62,521 nt of DNA from Candidatus Aquivivens invisus (GTDB taxonomy: Bacteria > Omnitrophota > Gorgyraeia > Aquiviventales > Aquiviventaceae), in contig MHGA01000027.1 in the NCBI GenBank assembly GCA_001804415.1, positions 1 through 62,521 of the forward strand, given 5' to 3'. This document shows, piece after piece, positions 46,638 to 55,685 of this stretch; positions within the stretch are counted from its first letter, which is position 1; each line of letters opens with the position of its first letter. A model generated the notes under the pieces. It searched no databases. It had not been told where the DNA came from and worked only from the letters and a program-made list of their open reading frames with translations. The position numbers and the translations under genes were made by a program.

Positions 46638-48329
46638 TCAGCTTTCTTGGTAGCGGTTGGTGATGGGCATCCGGCGGTCCTTGCCGAAGGCCCGCGGGGT
46701 GATCTTGATGCCGGGAGGCCCCTGCCGGCGCTTGTATTCGCTGCGGTCCACCATGCGCACAACCGCGCGGACCACATCAGCCTCCAAGCCGTTGCGCCGG
46801 ATCATCTCCTGAATGCCCCGATCCTCTTCGACATAGGCTTTCACGATGCGATCGAGCACGTCGTAGGGCGGCAGGCTGTCTTGGTCCGTTTGGTTCTGGG
46901 CGAGCTCGGCGGTCGGGGCGCGCTCGAACACGCTCTCAGGAATCGGCGCGAGGAGGGTGCCGCCTCGGTTGCGGAAGCGGGCCAGCTGGTACACGAGGGT
47001 TTTGGGGACGTCTTTGATCACGGCGAATCCTCCGGCCATGTCCCCGTACAGCGTCGAGTAGCCGGTGGCCATCTCGCTTTTATTGCCCGTCGTCAGGACC
47101 AGCCACCCGAATTTGTTGGACAGCGCCATCAAGAGGTTGCCGCGGATGCGGGCTTGCAGGTTCTGCTCGGTCACATCAACCGGACGAGCCCCAAAGAGCC
47201 CCTTCAGCGTCTGCAGGTAGGCCTGGAAACAGGGCTCGATCGAGACCTCCTCAAACCGGATCCGTAAGGTCCGTGCGAGCCGCCTGGCGTCGTATTGGGT
47301 GGCCGGCGAGGAAAAGCGCGACGGCATGCCCACGCCCACCACCTGCTCCTTGCCGAGCGCATCCACGGCGATGGCGGCGGTCAGGCTGGAATCGATCCCG
47401 CCGGAGAGTCCCAGGACGACCGTTTCAAATCCGTTCTTGCGCACGTAGTCCCGCGTGCCCAACACGAGCGCCGCGTACACTTCGGCCAGCGGATCAAGCC
47501 ACTCGGAAGGTCGGGGCTTCATAGGAGGACGTGGCGTTGGTTGACCAGCGACCGACACCTTGGCCGCTCGATGGGAAGGGTGGCGGGACGCAACGGGCAG
47601 GCCGAGATCGACGACCAGGAGGTCCTCGTGAAATTGGCGAGCGCGTGCCAGCAACCGTCCCCCCGCGTCCAGCACGAGACTGCCCCCGTCAAACACCAGC
47701 TCGTCCTGTCCGCCCACAAGATTGCAGTAGGCCACGCTCATCCGATTAGCCTTGGCCCGCTGCGAGAAGAGCTGTTGGCGCTCCCGGGATTTGCCGGCGT
47801 GATAGGGGCTGGCCGAGAGATTGACCATGAGGGAGGCGCCTGCGCGGTGAAGCGCCTGCGCGGGGAATGGCTCCCAGAGATCCTCGCAGATCGAGATCCC
47901 GAGCCGCATCCCGTGGAGGTCCACCAACAACGGCCGCGCGCCGGGACTGAAGTAACGCCGCTCGTCAAACACCCCGTAGTTGGGGAGACACCGCTTGTGG
48001 TAGGTGGCGCGGTGCCGTCCGTCGGCCAGCACCCCGGCCGCATTGAACAAGCGCCCGCGGGCATCCCGATCCACGAATCCCACGAGCGCCACGAGCCCCC
48101 CCGTCAGGGGGCAGAGCCGACGCACGGCGCGCAGGTTGTCTTCCACGAAAGTCGGTTTGAGGAGCAGATCCTCGGGGGGATAGCCGGTGATCGCCAGCTC
48201 AGGCAGCACCACGACATCGGCCCGCCAGGCTTTGGCGTGCAGGATCCCCTCGGCGACCTGACGGCAATTGCCGGTCAGATCACCCACGGTCGCATTCAGT
48301 TGGACCAAGGCCACCCGCAGGGTCGGCAT
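46638..48329 (-). CDS. nadE: Glutamine-dependent NAD+ synthetase
   Basis: Nitrilase domain (PELAITGYPPEDL, KRCLPNYGVFDE.RYF, ICEDLW) plus LGLSGGIDS, NLQARIRG, TGNKSE, PTAEL. Confidence 0.96.
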   Translation of the reverse strand: MPTLRVALVQLNATVGDLTGNCRQVAEGILHAKAWRADVVVLPELAITGYPPEDLLLKPTFVEDNLRAVRRLCPLTGGLVALVGFVDRDARGRLFNAAGVLADGRHRATYHKRCLPNYGVFDERRYFSPGARPLLVDLHGMRLGISICEDLWEPFPAQALHRAGASLMVNLSASPYHAGKSRERQQLFSQRAKANRMSVAYCNLVGGQDELVFDGGSLVLDAGGRLLARARQFHEDLLVVDLGLPVASRHPSHRAAKVSVAGQPTPRPPMKPRPSEWLDPLAEVYAALVLGTRDYVRKNGFETVVLGLSGGIDSSLTAAIAVDALGKEQVVGVGMPSRFSSPATQYDARRLARTLRIRFEEVSIEPCFQAYLQTLKGLFGARPVDVTEQNLQARIRGNLLMALSNKFGWLVLTTGNKSEMATGYSTLYGDMAGGFAVIKDVPKTLVYQLARFRNRGGTLLAPIPESVFERAPTAELAQNQTDQDSLPPYDVLDRIVKAYVEEDRGIQEMIRRNGLEADVVRAVVRMVDRSEYKRRQGPPGIKITPRAFGKDRRMPITNRYQES

Positions 48330-48375
48330 CGGAGACAAATTGATATTATAACACCCACGTGCCAGACGGAGGGAA

Positions 48376-48588
48376 TTACAAGCGAACGTTGGTGTAGATC
48401 GGGAAGGGATGAGGCAGAGGAGGAACCGCCTGAATCCTGGGGAGGCAGTCCAGGAACGACACGTAGACGTCAATGGGGCAGTCTTGGCCAAATCGCAGGG
48501 CTGCTTTGCGGAGCATCTCGAACTCCTCACGCACCTTGGGGTCGTGCGCCATGGCCTTCAACTCGCGTTTTTCTTCGTCACTGAGCAT
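48376..48588 (-). CDS. Small hypothetical protein coupled to the nucleotidyltransferase
   Basis: 70 aa, overlaps the upstream stop; MLSDEEKRELKAM. Confidence 0.6.
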   Translation of the reverse strand: MLSDEEKRELKAMAHDPKVREEFEMLRKAALRFGQDCPIDVYVSFLDCLPRIQAVPPLPHPFPIYTNVRL

Positions 48589-49129
48589 GATCAAACCGCG
48601 TTCGAAGCGCGTGGCCTTCTTCCCCCATTTCGAACAGCTCGAAGTACTCCTGAATCCGCGACCAATCCAGACGGCTGCCGTAGAGCTCCATCAACGTCTC
48701 GATGTCGACCAGCTCCCGGTTGCGTCGCTTAGGGTTATTGGCCATCGCTTGGACCTTGAAGCCGATCACATCTTCCGGATCGACGCTGCGGATCTGCAGC
48801 GCCCCTGAAAAGATGGGACGACTCTTCACGCGTTGCAAGATCGCCAGCGACGGCGATCGAAACCCATGGAGGATGTCCACGCCGCCCCAGACGGGATCAG
48901 GATGGGCATAGTGAGACACGTTCTCCGTGACCGCCGCTCGTTGATAGCCCAGCGTCGTCATGAGCTGATGGAGCTGACCGAGATCCTCATGATGAACCAA
49001 AAAATCCAAATCCTGCGTTCCGCGCGGCGCTCCCAACACCCCCATGGCAAAGCCGCCGACCGCCGCGTAGCGGATCTGGTGGCGGTCGAACTCGGTCAAG
49101 AGGGTGTTGAGCACCTGAGAGAAGTCCAC
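48578..49129 (-). CDS. Pol-beta-superfamily nucleotidyltransferase (AbiEii/MenT-like signature)
   Basis: AVGGFAM...PRGTQDLDFLV (GG..R.T.D.D), VDILHG, GFKVQA. Confidence 0.8.
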   Translation of the reverse strand: MDFSQVLNTLLTEFDRHQIRYAAVGGFAMGVLGAPRGTQDLDFLVHHEDLGQLHQLMTTLGYQRAAVTENVSHYAHPDPVWGGVDILHGFRSPSLAILQRVKSRPIFSGALQIRSVDPEDVIGFKVQAMANNPKRRNRELVDIETLMELYGSRLDWSRIQEYFELFEMGEEGHALRTRFDHAQ

Positions 49130-49135
49130 GGGGCT

Positions 49136-49164
49136 ATCATACCGTTCCTCGACGGAGAATGCAA
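49136..49164 (-). promoter_or_regulatory. Promoter predicting a leaderless nucleotidyltransferase mRNA
   Basis: TTGCAT-17 bp-TATGAT-6 bp-GTG; no SD. Confidence 0.65.
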
Positions 49165-49281
49165 CCAACCCTGCAGGAGCGGCGCGTGAGAAACGCTGAA
49201 AATTCTTTAGTCGTGCTGAACCGTGCGTAATTTTCTGCCTCTTGACGACCCCCCCCACGATCAGGCATGGTTTCAGTAAGA

Positions 49282-49437
49282 CCTCGACAAAGGCAAACCC
49301 ACGGTAACGTGGGGACGCCCCGCATGCTTTGCTTCGCAAAGCAAGCCTGCGGGGCCCCACAAGTCTGTTTCGCGAAGCGAAACATGTGGGGCAACACCAC
49401 GGATCCTTCGCGGAAGGACAGCCGGGTTGCCGAATGG
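49282..49437 (+). ncRNA. c-di-GMP-I (GEMM-I) riboswitch interrupted by a 74-bp insertion
   Basis: CGACAAAGGCAAACC-CACG-GTAA-CGTG-GGGACG [insert] CAACACCACGGATCC...GGACAGCCGGGTTGCCGAA. Confidence 0.8.
49318..49391. repeat. Two tandem 37-bp palindromic REP-like units
   Basis: CCCCGCA..TTGCTTCGCAAAGCAA..TGCGGGG and CCCCACA..GTTTCGCGAAGCGAAAC..TGTGGGG. Confidence 0.85.
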
Positions 49438-49455
49438 CAACCCGGTTTTTGTTTT
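49422..49455 (+). terminator. Intrinsic terminator (riboswitch expression platform)
   Basis: CCGGGTTGCC-GAAT-GGCAACCCGG-TTTTTGTTTT; the 5' arm is the aptamer 3' strand. Confidence 0.9.
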
Positions 49456-49560
49456 AGGATCCATGAAAGGAGGTGAGACAGCGTCGAGATGTGGCGCGTT
49501 GGGTCGCAGCAGGAGCTCGAATCTCACAGCCTAAATAAAAAAGAGGGGTAACGAAAAAAG

Positions 49561-50238
49561 ATGAACCGCATATACGCAACGATCTTCACCGCGAGTCTGA
49601 CGCTGAGTGCCCTACCAGCCCACGTGTGGGCTGACTGCCACCATGAGCCCCCCCTGTTCTCGACCGTCAGCACACAGGACGTTCGGGACGTCGGCACAAC
49701 GTTCGCGGTCGTCGCCCGAGACAAGTTCTGGGGTTGTCCTACGGGCAAGGTGACCCTTACGGCGGTGGGAGCTCCGGTTACGCCTACTCTCACCCCGGGT
49801 CCTGGAGAAGCGGCGCTGACTTTCAAAGTACCAGCAATATTCACGCCCGGGATTTACCACATCACCTATACGGCAACGGACGAGCTCAACAACACCACGT
49901 CCGTGACCCTGCCCCTGAGGACTGGGTACTCCAACTCAACGCCCATCCTCAGCCCAGTCAGCGACATCGTCGCGCCTGTCTACAAGTTGACGGGATTCTC
50001 CGTGGCACTCACTGACCGTGATGGGGATCTGCCCATCACCGAAGACGCGCTGAGGATCGATGGCCTGCCTGAGGGGACACGGAAGGTTCTTCTGCGACTC
50101 TCCTCCAGCGAAATCGTTTACCAGGTCACACTCTACCCTTCCAGCGGCCAGCGAGGAGCGGTCTACCAAGTCCTCATCAAGGGAAAAGATTCGCGAGGGG
50201 GTATTGTAATCTCTCAGATGCGAGTGCTGGTTCTCTAA
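49561..50238 (+). CDS. Secreted beta-rich protein, possibly tandem Ig/cadherin-like domains
   Basis: Signal peptide; YHITYTATDELNNT, VALTDRDGD, VLIKGKDSRGG. Confidence 0.65.
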   Translation: MNRIYATIFTASLTLSALPAHVWADCHHEPPLFSTVSTQDVRDVGTTFAVVARDKFWGCPTGKVTLTAVGAPVTPTLTPGPGEAALTFKVPAIFTPGIYHITYTATDELNNTTSVTLPLRTGYSNSTPILSPVSDIVAPVYKLTGFSVALTDRDGDLPITEDALRIDGLPEGTRKVLLRLSSSEIVYQVTLYPSSGQRGAVYQVLIKGKDSRGGIVISQMRVLVL

Positions 50239-50262
50239 GGCGTCCACGGTAAGGTACCAGCC

Positions 50263-50853
50263 ATGCGCAGAATTCCTGTCGTGTTGCTGTGCACCGTCTT
50301 GTGTGGTCTCACATCGACCGCTGAGGCGACGCAGGAAGGAGGGGGGCCTGGCGGGGGCAGTGGACCATCCGAGGCCATTGTCGCAGCCTCGGCCCTCCGT
50401 CGGACAATCGTCGTGCTTGATGACATGACGCCGATGGAGCGTCAGCAGATCGTTCCGTGGCTTGTCCAGCGCATCAGCCAGCAATCAGACGTCTATGTCA
50501 ACAGCCAACTCAGCGAGCTGCTCGAGGAGCGGCTCATCCAGCTTGGCGATCTGTCCTCGGAACGCATAGAAGCGCTCGAGGCTTCGGCACTGTCCGAGGA
50601 GGAGATCGGGCTGACGGGTGAAGAGCGAGAGCACTTCAACGCGCTGGTCCGGCGAGAGCAAGCTTCTCCGCTGCCTGAGGACGACATCCGTCAAGAAATC
50701 CTCGGGATGACGCTCGATCGGGATCAGCCTGAGCTTACGCTCAATCGCGCCATGGAGCTTGGGACGATGATCGAACGTATTCCAGACGAGAGCGTACGGC
50801 TCGCCCTACGGAGGACGCTGGAAGACAAACTGGTGGAGCTGCAGCCTCACTAA
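50263..50853 (+). CDS. Secreted helical hypothetical protein
   Basis: Signal peptide, Gly-rich linker, acidic helical body. Confidence 0.6.
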   Translation: MRRIPVVLLCTVLCGLTSTAEATQEGGGPGGGSGPSEAIVAASALRRTIVVLDDMTPMERQQIVPWLVQRISQQSDVYVNSQLSELLEERLIQLGDLSSERIEALEASALSEEEIGLTGEEREHFNALVRREQASPLPEDDIRQEILGMTLDRDQPELTLNRAMELGTMIERIPDESVRLALRRTLEDKLVELQPH

Positions 50854-50909
50854 GGGAAGCGGTGTCAAACACTTCTTGTGCGGGGAAAGAGAGAGAAAGC
50901 GTCTGACGT

Positions 50910-51704
50910 CTACCGCTTGGCGACGATCAGGACGAACTCGGTGGCCATGGCCACAAAGAAGCCGACCAGCAGGCCGATGCCGACGACCGCTTCTTCCTTG
51001 AGCTGGCGGCCAAGATGCAGCAGCTCGCCGACAATATAGAGGATGGTTCCGGAGGCGAGGGCGAGGCAGAACATCTCAAAGGGTTTGTTGACCCACCATC
51101 CCCCGATCAGCGTCCCGAGAAACGTCGGCCCGCCGGCCACTAGGGCGGTCAGCATCAGGAATCGCCAGCTCACCCGATGGCCGGACAGCGGGGCGGCGAT
51201 CCCGAAGCCTTCGGTGGCATTGTGCAGGGCGAAGCCGATAGCCATCAGCCACGCCAGCTGCACGGCGCCGCCGACGTACCCCTGCCCGATGGCCAGCCCT
51301 TCGCTGAGGTTGTGCAACCCTAAGCCCACGGCGATCATCATCGCCAGCTGCTGCGCCTTGCGCTTCGGCGTGATGCCGTCTTGATCCTTCGCCGTGCCGA
51401 GATAGCGACGCTCGAAATACACCAGTCCCAATAACCCTAACGCAAACCCCAACGCAAAGACGCTTCCCGCCCCGAACGCCGGAGCCAGCGTCGTGCCGTG
51501 CTCGACGGCTTCTTCGACGAGCTCCTCGACCTCTTCGATGAGGTGACCCGTGATCTCCACCAAGAGGAAGATGAGGATGCCGGTTGACATCGCATTGAGG
51601 AGCGCGCGGGTTTTGGTGCTGACATGTCGCAGCCGGGCGATTGGCAACCCCAAGACAATCGTTCCTCCCGCCAGAAGCCCCAGACCGAGCACTGTGGCAT
51701 CCAT
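50910..51704 (-). CDS. ZIP family divalent metal transporter
   Basis: GLGLHNLSEGLAIG, GFALHNATEGFGIA. Confidence 0.9.
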   Translation of the reverse strand: MDATVLGLGLLAGGTIVLGLPIARLRHVSTKTRALLNAMSTGILIFLLVEITGHLIEEVEELVEEAVEHGTTLAPAFGAGSVFALGFALGLLGLVYFERRYLGTAKDQDGITPKRKAQQLAMMIAVGLGLHNLSEGLAIGQGYVGGAVQLAWLMAIGFALHNATEGFGIAAPLSGHRVSWRFLMLTALVAGGPTFLGTLIGGWWVNKPFEMFCLALASGTILYIVGELLHLGRQLKEEAVVGIGLLVGFFVAMATEFVLIVAKR

Positions 51705-51709
51705 TGACG

Positions 51710-52258
51710 TCAGTGGGCCTCCTCCAATCGAAACGTCACGGGAATCTCCACCCAGACCGTCACCGGAACGCCGACACGAACGGCCGGCTTGAAGCGCCAG
51801 CTCGCAATGGCCCCACGCGCGGCGTCGTCGAGGAGATGGGAACCTGAGGAACTCGGAATGCGAATCTGCCCGCACGCCCCTGAGGCCAACACCTCCACTT
51901 CAAGGATCACCGTGCCTTGCTCGCCTCGCTCGCGGGCGAGGGTGGGATAGACCGGCGCTGGGTTGCGCAGATAGTGCGGCAGCACCTCGGTCAGCGCCCC
52001 CTTCTGCTCCGGCGTCACGATGGTGCGCGGACTTGGTTCTTGGGGTTCGCTCCTCATTGAGGGAGCCTCCGCCTGGGGAGGCGGCACAGGCGTTTCCACC
52101 CTCGTCGTGGAAGTCTGCGGGGCCACGAGCACGATTTCCACGCTGGTTGGGGCTCGTTCCACGTCGAACTCGACCCGGCTGCTCATGGGAATGCCAAGGA
52201 ACACGGCGGCATGAGCTCCGATTGACAGACTCAACGCTAGCTGCAATTCCCTCGTCAT
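51710..52258 (-). CDS. tonB: Energy transducer TonB
   Basis: N-terminal TM with S/H, Pro-rich linker, PVYPTLARERGEQGTV, WRFKPA. Confidence 0.9.
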   Translation of the reverse strand: MTRELQLALSLSIGAHAAVFLGIPMSSRVEFDVERAPTSVEIVLVAPQTSTTRVETPVPPPQAEAPSMRSEPQEPSPRTIVTPEQKGALTEVLPHYLRNPAPVYPTLARERGEQGTVILEVEVLASGACGQIRIPSSSGSHLLDDAARGAIASWRFKPAVRVGVPVTVWVEIPVTFRLEEAH

Positions 52259-52303
52259 GTTCTCATCTGTGAAATCGACTGTTGAAATCCGTGTAATCTG
52301 TGG

Positions 52304-52708
52304 TTAGTCCTTCGGCTCGGCTTGAAACGACACCCGTTGCAGACCAGCCTGCCGCACCGCATCCAACACCTCGATCACCCGCCCGTGCGCGACGGCCCGG
52401 TCCGCGTTCAGGCTCACGACGGTCTGCGGCTCGGTGCCGGCGGTCTGCCGCAGCGACGACGCCAACGCGTCGAGCGTCATCGGCTGCTGGTTCAGAAACA
52501 GCCCGCCATCAGGAGTCAAGGAGACTGTCACCGTCAGCTCTTTCGTCGAGGTCGCGGTCTGAGCGGTTGGCAAGTCGACCAGCAGGCCCTGCTGCATCGT
52601 CATGGAAAACACTCCGAAGATGAAAAACGTCAGCAGGAGGAAAAAGCAGTCGATCAACGGGACCATCTCCACCCGCGGGCGCTTAGCGGTAAACGGCTTC
52701 ACCAGCAT
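52304..52708 (-). CDS. exbD: ExbD/TolR
   Basis: EMVPLIDCFFLLL.FF, ADRAVAHGRVIEVLDAVR. Confidence 0.92.
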   Translation of the reverse strand: MLVKPFTAKRPRVEMVPLIDCFFLLLTFFIFGVFSMTMQQGLLVDLPTAQTATSTKELTVTVSLTPDGGLFLNQQPMTLDALASSLRQTAGTEPQTVVSLNADRAVAHGRVIEVLDAVRQAGLQRVSFQAEPKD

Positions 52709-53315
52709 TGGCGGCTCTGGCTTTCCCCTTTTGATAGAGGATTTGGAAGTTCGTCACGTGGGTCGCAATGCGTCCGGCGGCGTCCTCGACTTTCGCGCAG
52801 AAGTAGTTGTAGGCGATCACGGTCGGAATGGCGATGGCCAACCCTGCGACGGTGGTGATAACCGCCTGAGCGATCCCCGACGCCACAATCTTCGGATCGG
52901 GTATGCGGCCTTCCAGCGCGCCGAAGGCCACCAGGATGCCTGTGACGGTTCCGAAGATTCCCAACAGCGGGGCCACGGTGATGATGGTATCGAGCACCCC
53001 CAGATACCGCTTCATCCGTTTCACCTCCGCCTGGACCGTCACCTCCAGCGCGCCCTCGAGCGAAAAGTGATGGTGGCTGAGCCCGTTGCACAGCACGCGC
53101 GCCACGGCGTCGCGCGAGGCGCACGCGTTGACCTTGGCCTCCTCGAACAGCCCCCGTTCCGTCAGGTGCAACAGCTTGTGGATGAGCGAGGTGTCCTGCG
53201 CCGTGTGCTCCTTCACCCAGAACAGCACGCGCTCAATGGCCACCGCCACGGCGATGATGGAACACAGCAGCAGCGGCCACATGACGGGCCCGCCTTTGAG
53301 AAACCATTGAATCAT
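52683..53315 (-). CDS. exbB: ExbB/TolQ
   Basis: GGPVMWPL, APLLGIFGTVTG, GIAQAVITTVAGLAIAIP. Confidence 0.92.
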   Translation of the reverse strand: MIQWFLKGGPVMWPLLLCSIIAVAVAIERVLFWVKEHTAQDTSLIHKLLHLTERGLFEEAKVNACASRDAVARVLCNGLSHHHFSLEGALEVTVQAEVKRMKRYLGVLDTIITVAPLLGIFGTVTGILVAFGALEGRIPDPKIVASGIAQAVITTVAGLAIAIPTVIAYNYFCAKVEDAAGRIATHVTNFQILYQKGKARAANAGEAVYR

Positions 53316-53369
53316 CTCCACTCCTCCTACGAAACGAACCATAGGTCCGATCGTCGATCCACGAAACTT

Positions 53370-55478
53370 TCAAAACTTTACCCCGACGCGCACGCCGCCG
53401 TAGATGTTGCGCTCCGGCGCCGGGTCGATGCCCCCGCTGGTCACGCGGGCGTAGTAGCGCTCATCGGACAGGTTATTGATTCCGCCGAACAGTGTCACGA
53501 AGTCTTTCCACACCTTCACCTCGCCCGTCAGGTCCCACACTTTATAGGACGGGACGGTTTGATTCGTGGTATTGGCGTCATCGCCGAAATGGTCATCCAC
53601 CAACAGGCTGCTCAGATTCGCCTTGACCCGCTCGCCGAACGCGTACTGCAACCCGAGCCGCACAGTGTATTGCGGCGCGTACTGCGGGGTCTTGTTGTCC
53701 TGAGGACCGTCGACGAACTTGGCATCGAGCAGCATCAGGTTGAAGAACGGCCGCAGCGAGCCCAGGCGCGTGGCGCCATCGACGAGGGCGTAGCGATCCG
53801 CCGCCGCCAGCACATCAACCTCCGTGGAGAGCTCCAGCCCTTGGTGCAGCGCATCGCCGACATTCTCGATGGTGTTTCCGGAGGTGCCGATCTGATCGTC
53901 GAACCGCAGGGAAAAAAAGCTGGCATCCCACGTGAAGACATCGCCGTGTCCTCTGGCGCCGACATCGAACGTCCAGCCCTTGCCTTCCTCCAGGTCGTTG
54001 TTCACCACCTGGTTGGTGCCGGTGGGCACGGCCTGGGCGAAGAGCTTGGGCCGGTAGCTCTGCGAGAAGTTGGAGTAGAGTGTGACGGTCGGCGTGGCGT
54101 CGTACGCCGCGCCGATGCCGAAGAGCGGCACGAAATCGAACTCCTCCACATCGCCGAAGGCGGTACCGGCGGCGTGCTTGTCGGCATTGACCGTTTCGTT
54201 GATCCCCTGCCAGATGTGTTCCAGCCGCGCGCCTGGGGTGAGCGAAAACTTGTCGAATCGAAACAACTGCTCGGCAAACAGCGACAGGTGCTGCATCTCG
54301 CGGTCGCTGCGGTTACGCAGGCTGCCGGTGTCCGCGTAGATCGTGTCACCACGCTGATCCTCCTTCGGAGAGCTGGACAGGTACACAAGCGCCCCGGCGG
54401 TCAGCGTCTGGCCGGACTGGCCGAAGGCATCGTAGGTGTGCCGGATCCGCGGCTCCAGCCCCACCGTGTAGAAATCCTGCTCCTGAATATCGTTGGTGGT
54501 GCCAGTCGGGTTGGTGCCAAAACCTCCGCTTCGCTGGCGCTTGCTGTAGCGCCGGTAGTGGCCGCCGAACAGCTTGACGTCCACCTGGCTCTGCTCATCC
54601 AGATCGCGCTGATACGCCATGGTGCCGGCATAGCGTTCCAGGCGGAACCGATCACCGAAGCGGTGGGTGAGATCGCGACCCTCGCTGTCCGCCTCAGCTT
54701 TCGTGAGGCCACCCGGCTCGCCATGCTCCTCGTGATACTCATCGTAGGTCATGGTCAGACGTGAGTCGGTGGCTTGCCCGAGCGTCACCTTGAGACCTCC
54801 TCCCAGGACCTCAAAATCGCTGTTCGTCTGGCGGAACCCGTTGCCCTCCCGTTCATGGAGATAGGCGTAGAAGCCCAGCGGTTCAACAGAGCCGGTCAGC
54901 GAGGTGTAGGTGGAGAACAACTCGTCATCGCCAAAGAGATGCTCAGTGTAGGCCGAAAGCCTCGTGTCGGCCGCTGGGGCTTTCGTGACGAAGTTCAGCG
55001 CCCCGCCCGGCTGCGGCCCGTACAACAGCGAGGCCCCACCGTGGATGAACTCGATGCGGTCGACGGTTTGGAAGGGTGGTGTGTAGTAGGCTTCGGGGTA
55101 GCCGAAGAGATCGGCCACGATCGGCACGCCGTCCTTGAGCACCTGCATGAACTGCGCGCGATCCGGCGCCAGGCCGCGGTAGCCGATGCTCACCAGCGGG
55201 GTCGTCTCCTCGCTGAGCAACAAGCTCGGCGTTTTCGCTAAGACCTGACGATAGTTGTTGTTCACGATCGTCGGGATCTCTTGTAGGTCGATCACCGAAG
55301 TTTTCTTGCCCGCGTGGATAGCGGTCCCTACCACATCAGGGAGAAAAGGCCCCTCGATCTGCTCCGCCGACACCACCACTTCCTCCAAGCGGGGCTTCTC
55401 GGATGACTGAACATCCGCCGCCCGCGCCGTTGGCATGACCGCGAGACTAACCGCAATCCACAGGACCAACCGCTTCAT
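53370..55478 (-). CDS. TonB-dependent receptor (FecA-like)
   Basis: Signal peptide, TonB-box-like EEVVVSA, plug LKDGVP..DRIEFIHGGASLLYGP, terminal F. Confidence 0.92.
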   Translation of the reverse strand: MKRLVLWIAVSLAVMPTARAADVQSSEKPRLEEVVVSAEQIEGPFLPDVVGTAIHAGKKTSVIDLQEIPTIVNNNYRQVLAKTPSLLLSEETTPLVSIGYRGLAPDRAQFMQVLKDGVPIVADLFGYPEAYYTPPFQTVDRIEFIHGGASLLYGPQPGGALNFVTKAPAADTRLSAYTEHLFGDDELFSTYTSLTGSVEPLGFYAYLHEREGNGFRQTNSDFEVLGGGLKVTLGQATDSRLTMTYDEYHEEHGEPGGLTKAEADSEGRDLTHRFGDRFRLERYAGTMAYQRDLDEQSQVDVKLFGGHYRRYSKRQRSGGFGTNPTGTTNDIQEQDFYTVGLEPRIRHTYDAFGQSGQTLTAGALVYLSSSPKEDQRGDTIYADTGSLRNRSDREMQHLSLFAEQLFRFDKFSLTPGARLEHIWQGINETVNADKHAAGTAFGDVEEFDFVPLFGIGAAYDATPTVTLYSNFSQSYRPKLFAQAVPTGTNQVVNNDLEEGKGWTFDVGARGHGDVFTWDASFFSLRFDDQIGTSGNTIENVGDALHQGLELSTEVDVLAAADRYALVDGATRLGSLRPFFNLMLLDAKFVDGPQDNKTPQYAPQYTVRLGLQYAFGERVKANLSSLLVDDHFGDDANTTNQTVPSYKVWDLTGEVKVWKDFVTLFGGINNLSDERYYARVTSGGIDPAPERNIYGGVRVGVKF

Positions 55479-55683
55479 GACATTCTCCCCCCTGGCACAT
55501 GCCGGCGCCTCCGGAGGTCCGGTCGGTCCGAGCCGATGACACGCGAAACCGAAACTTTTCCGCTTTCTCAATCTGCACGACCTGCGAATCGTGGATGACG
55601 ATCTGGACGGATCCGAAGCGCACGTTCCGGATCGCCTCCGCAATCTTCCCCATCACCTCTGCAGATGGCTGTCCTGCAACCAT
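55447..55683 (-). CDS. YezD/DUF2292 family small protein
   Basis: IRNVRFGSVQIVIHDSQVVQIEKAEKFR. Confidence 0.85.
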   Translation of the reverse strand: MVAGQPSAEVMGKIAEAIRNVRFGSVQIVIHDSQVVQIEKAEKFRFRVSSARTDRTSGGAGMCQGGECHEAVGPVDCG

Positions 55684-55685
55684 GG

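Noticed and set aside
49463-49551. Strong SD AAAGGAGGTGA with a 20-aa ORF after the riboswitch terminator
   Set aside because: SD-ATG spacing is long (about 13 nt) and the peptide is featureless; cannot support it
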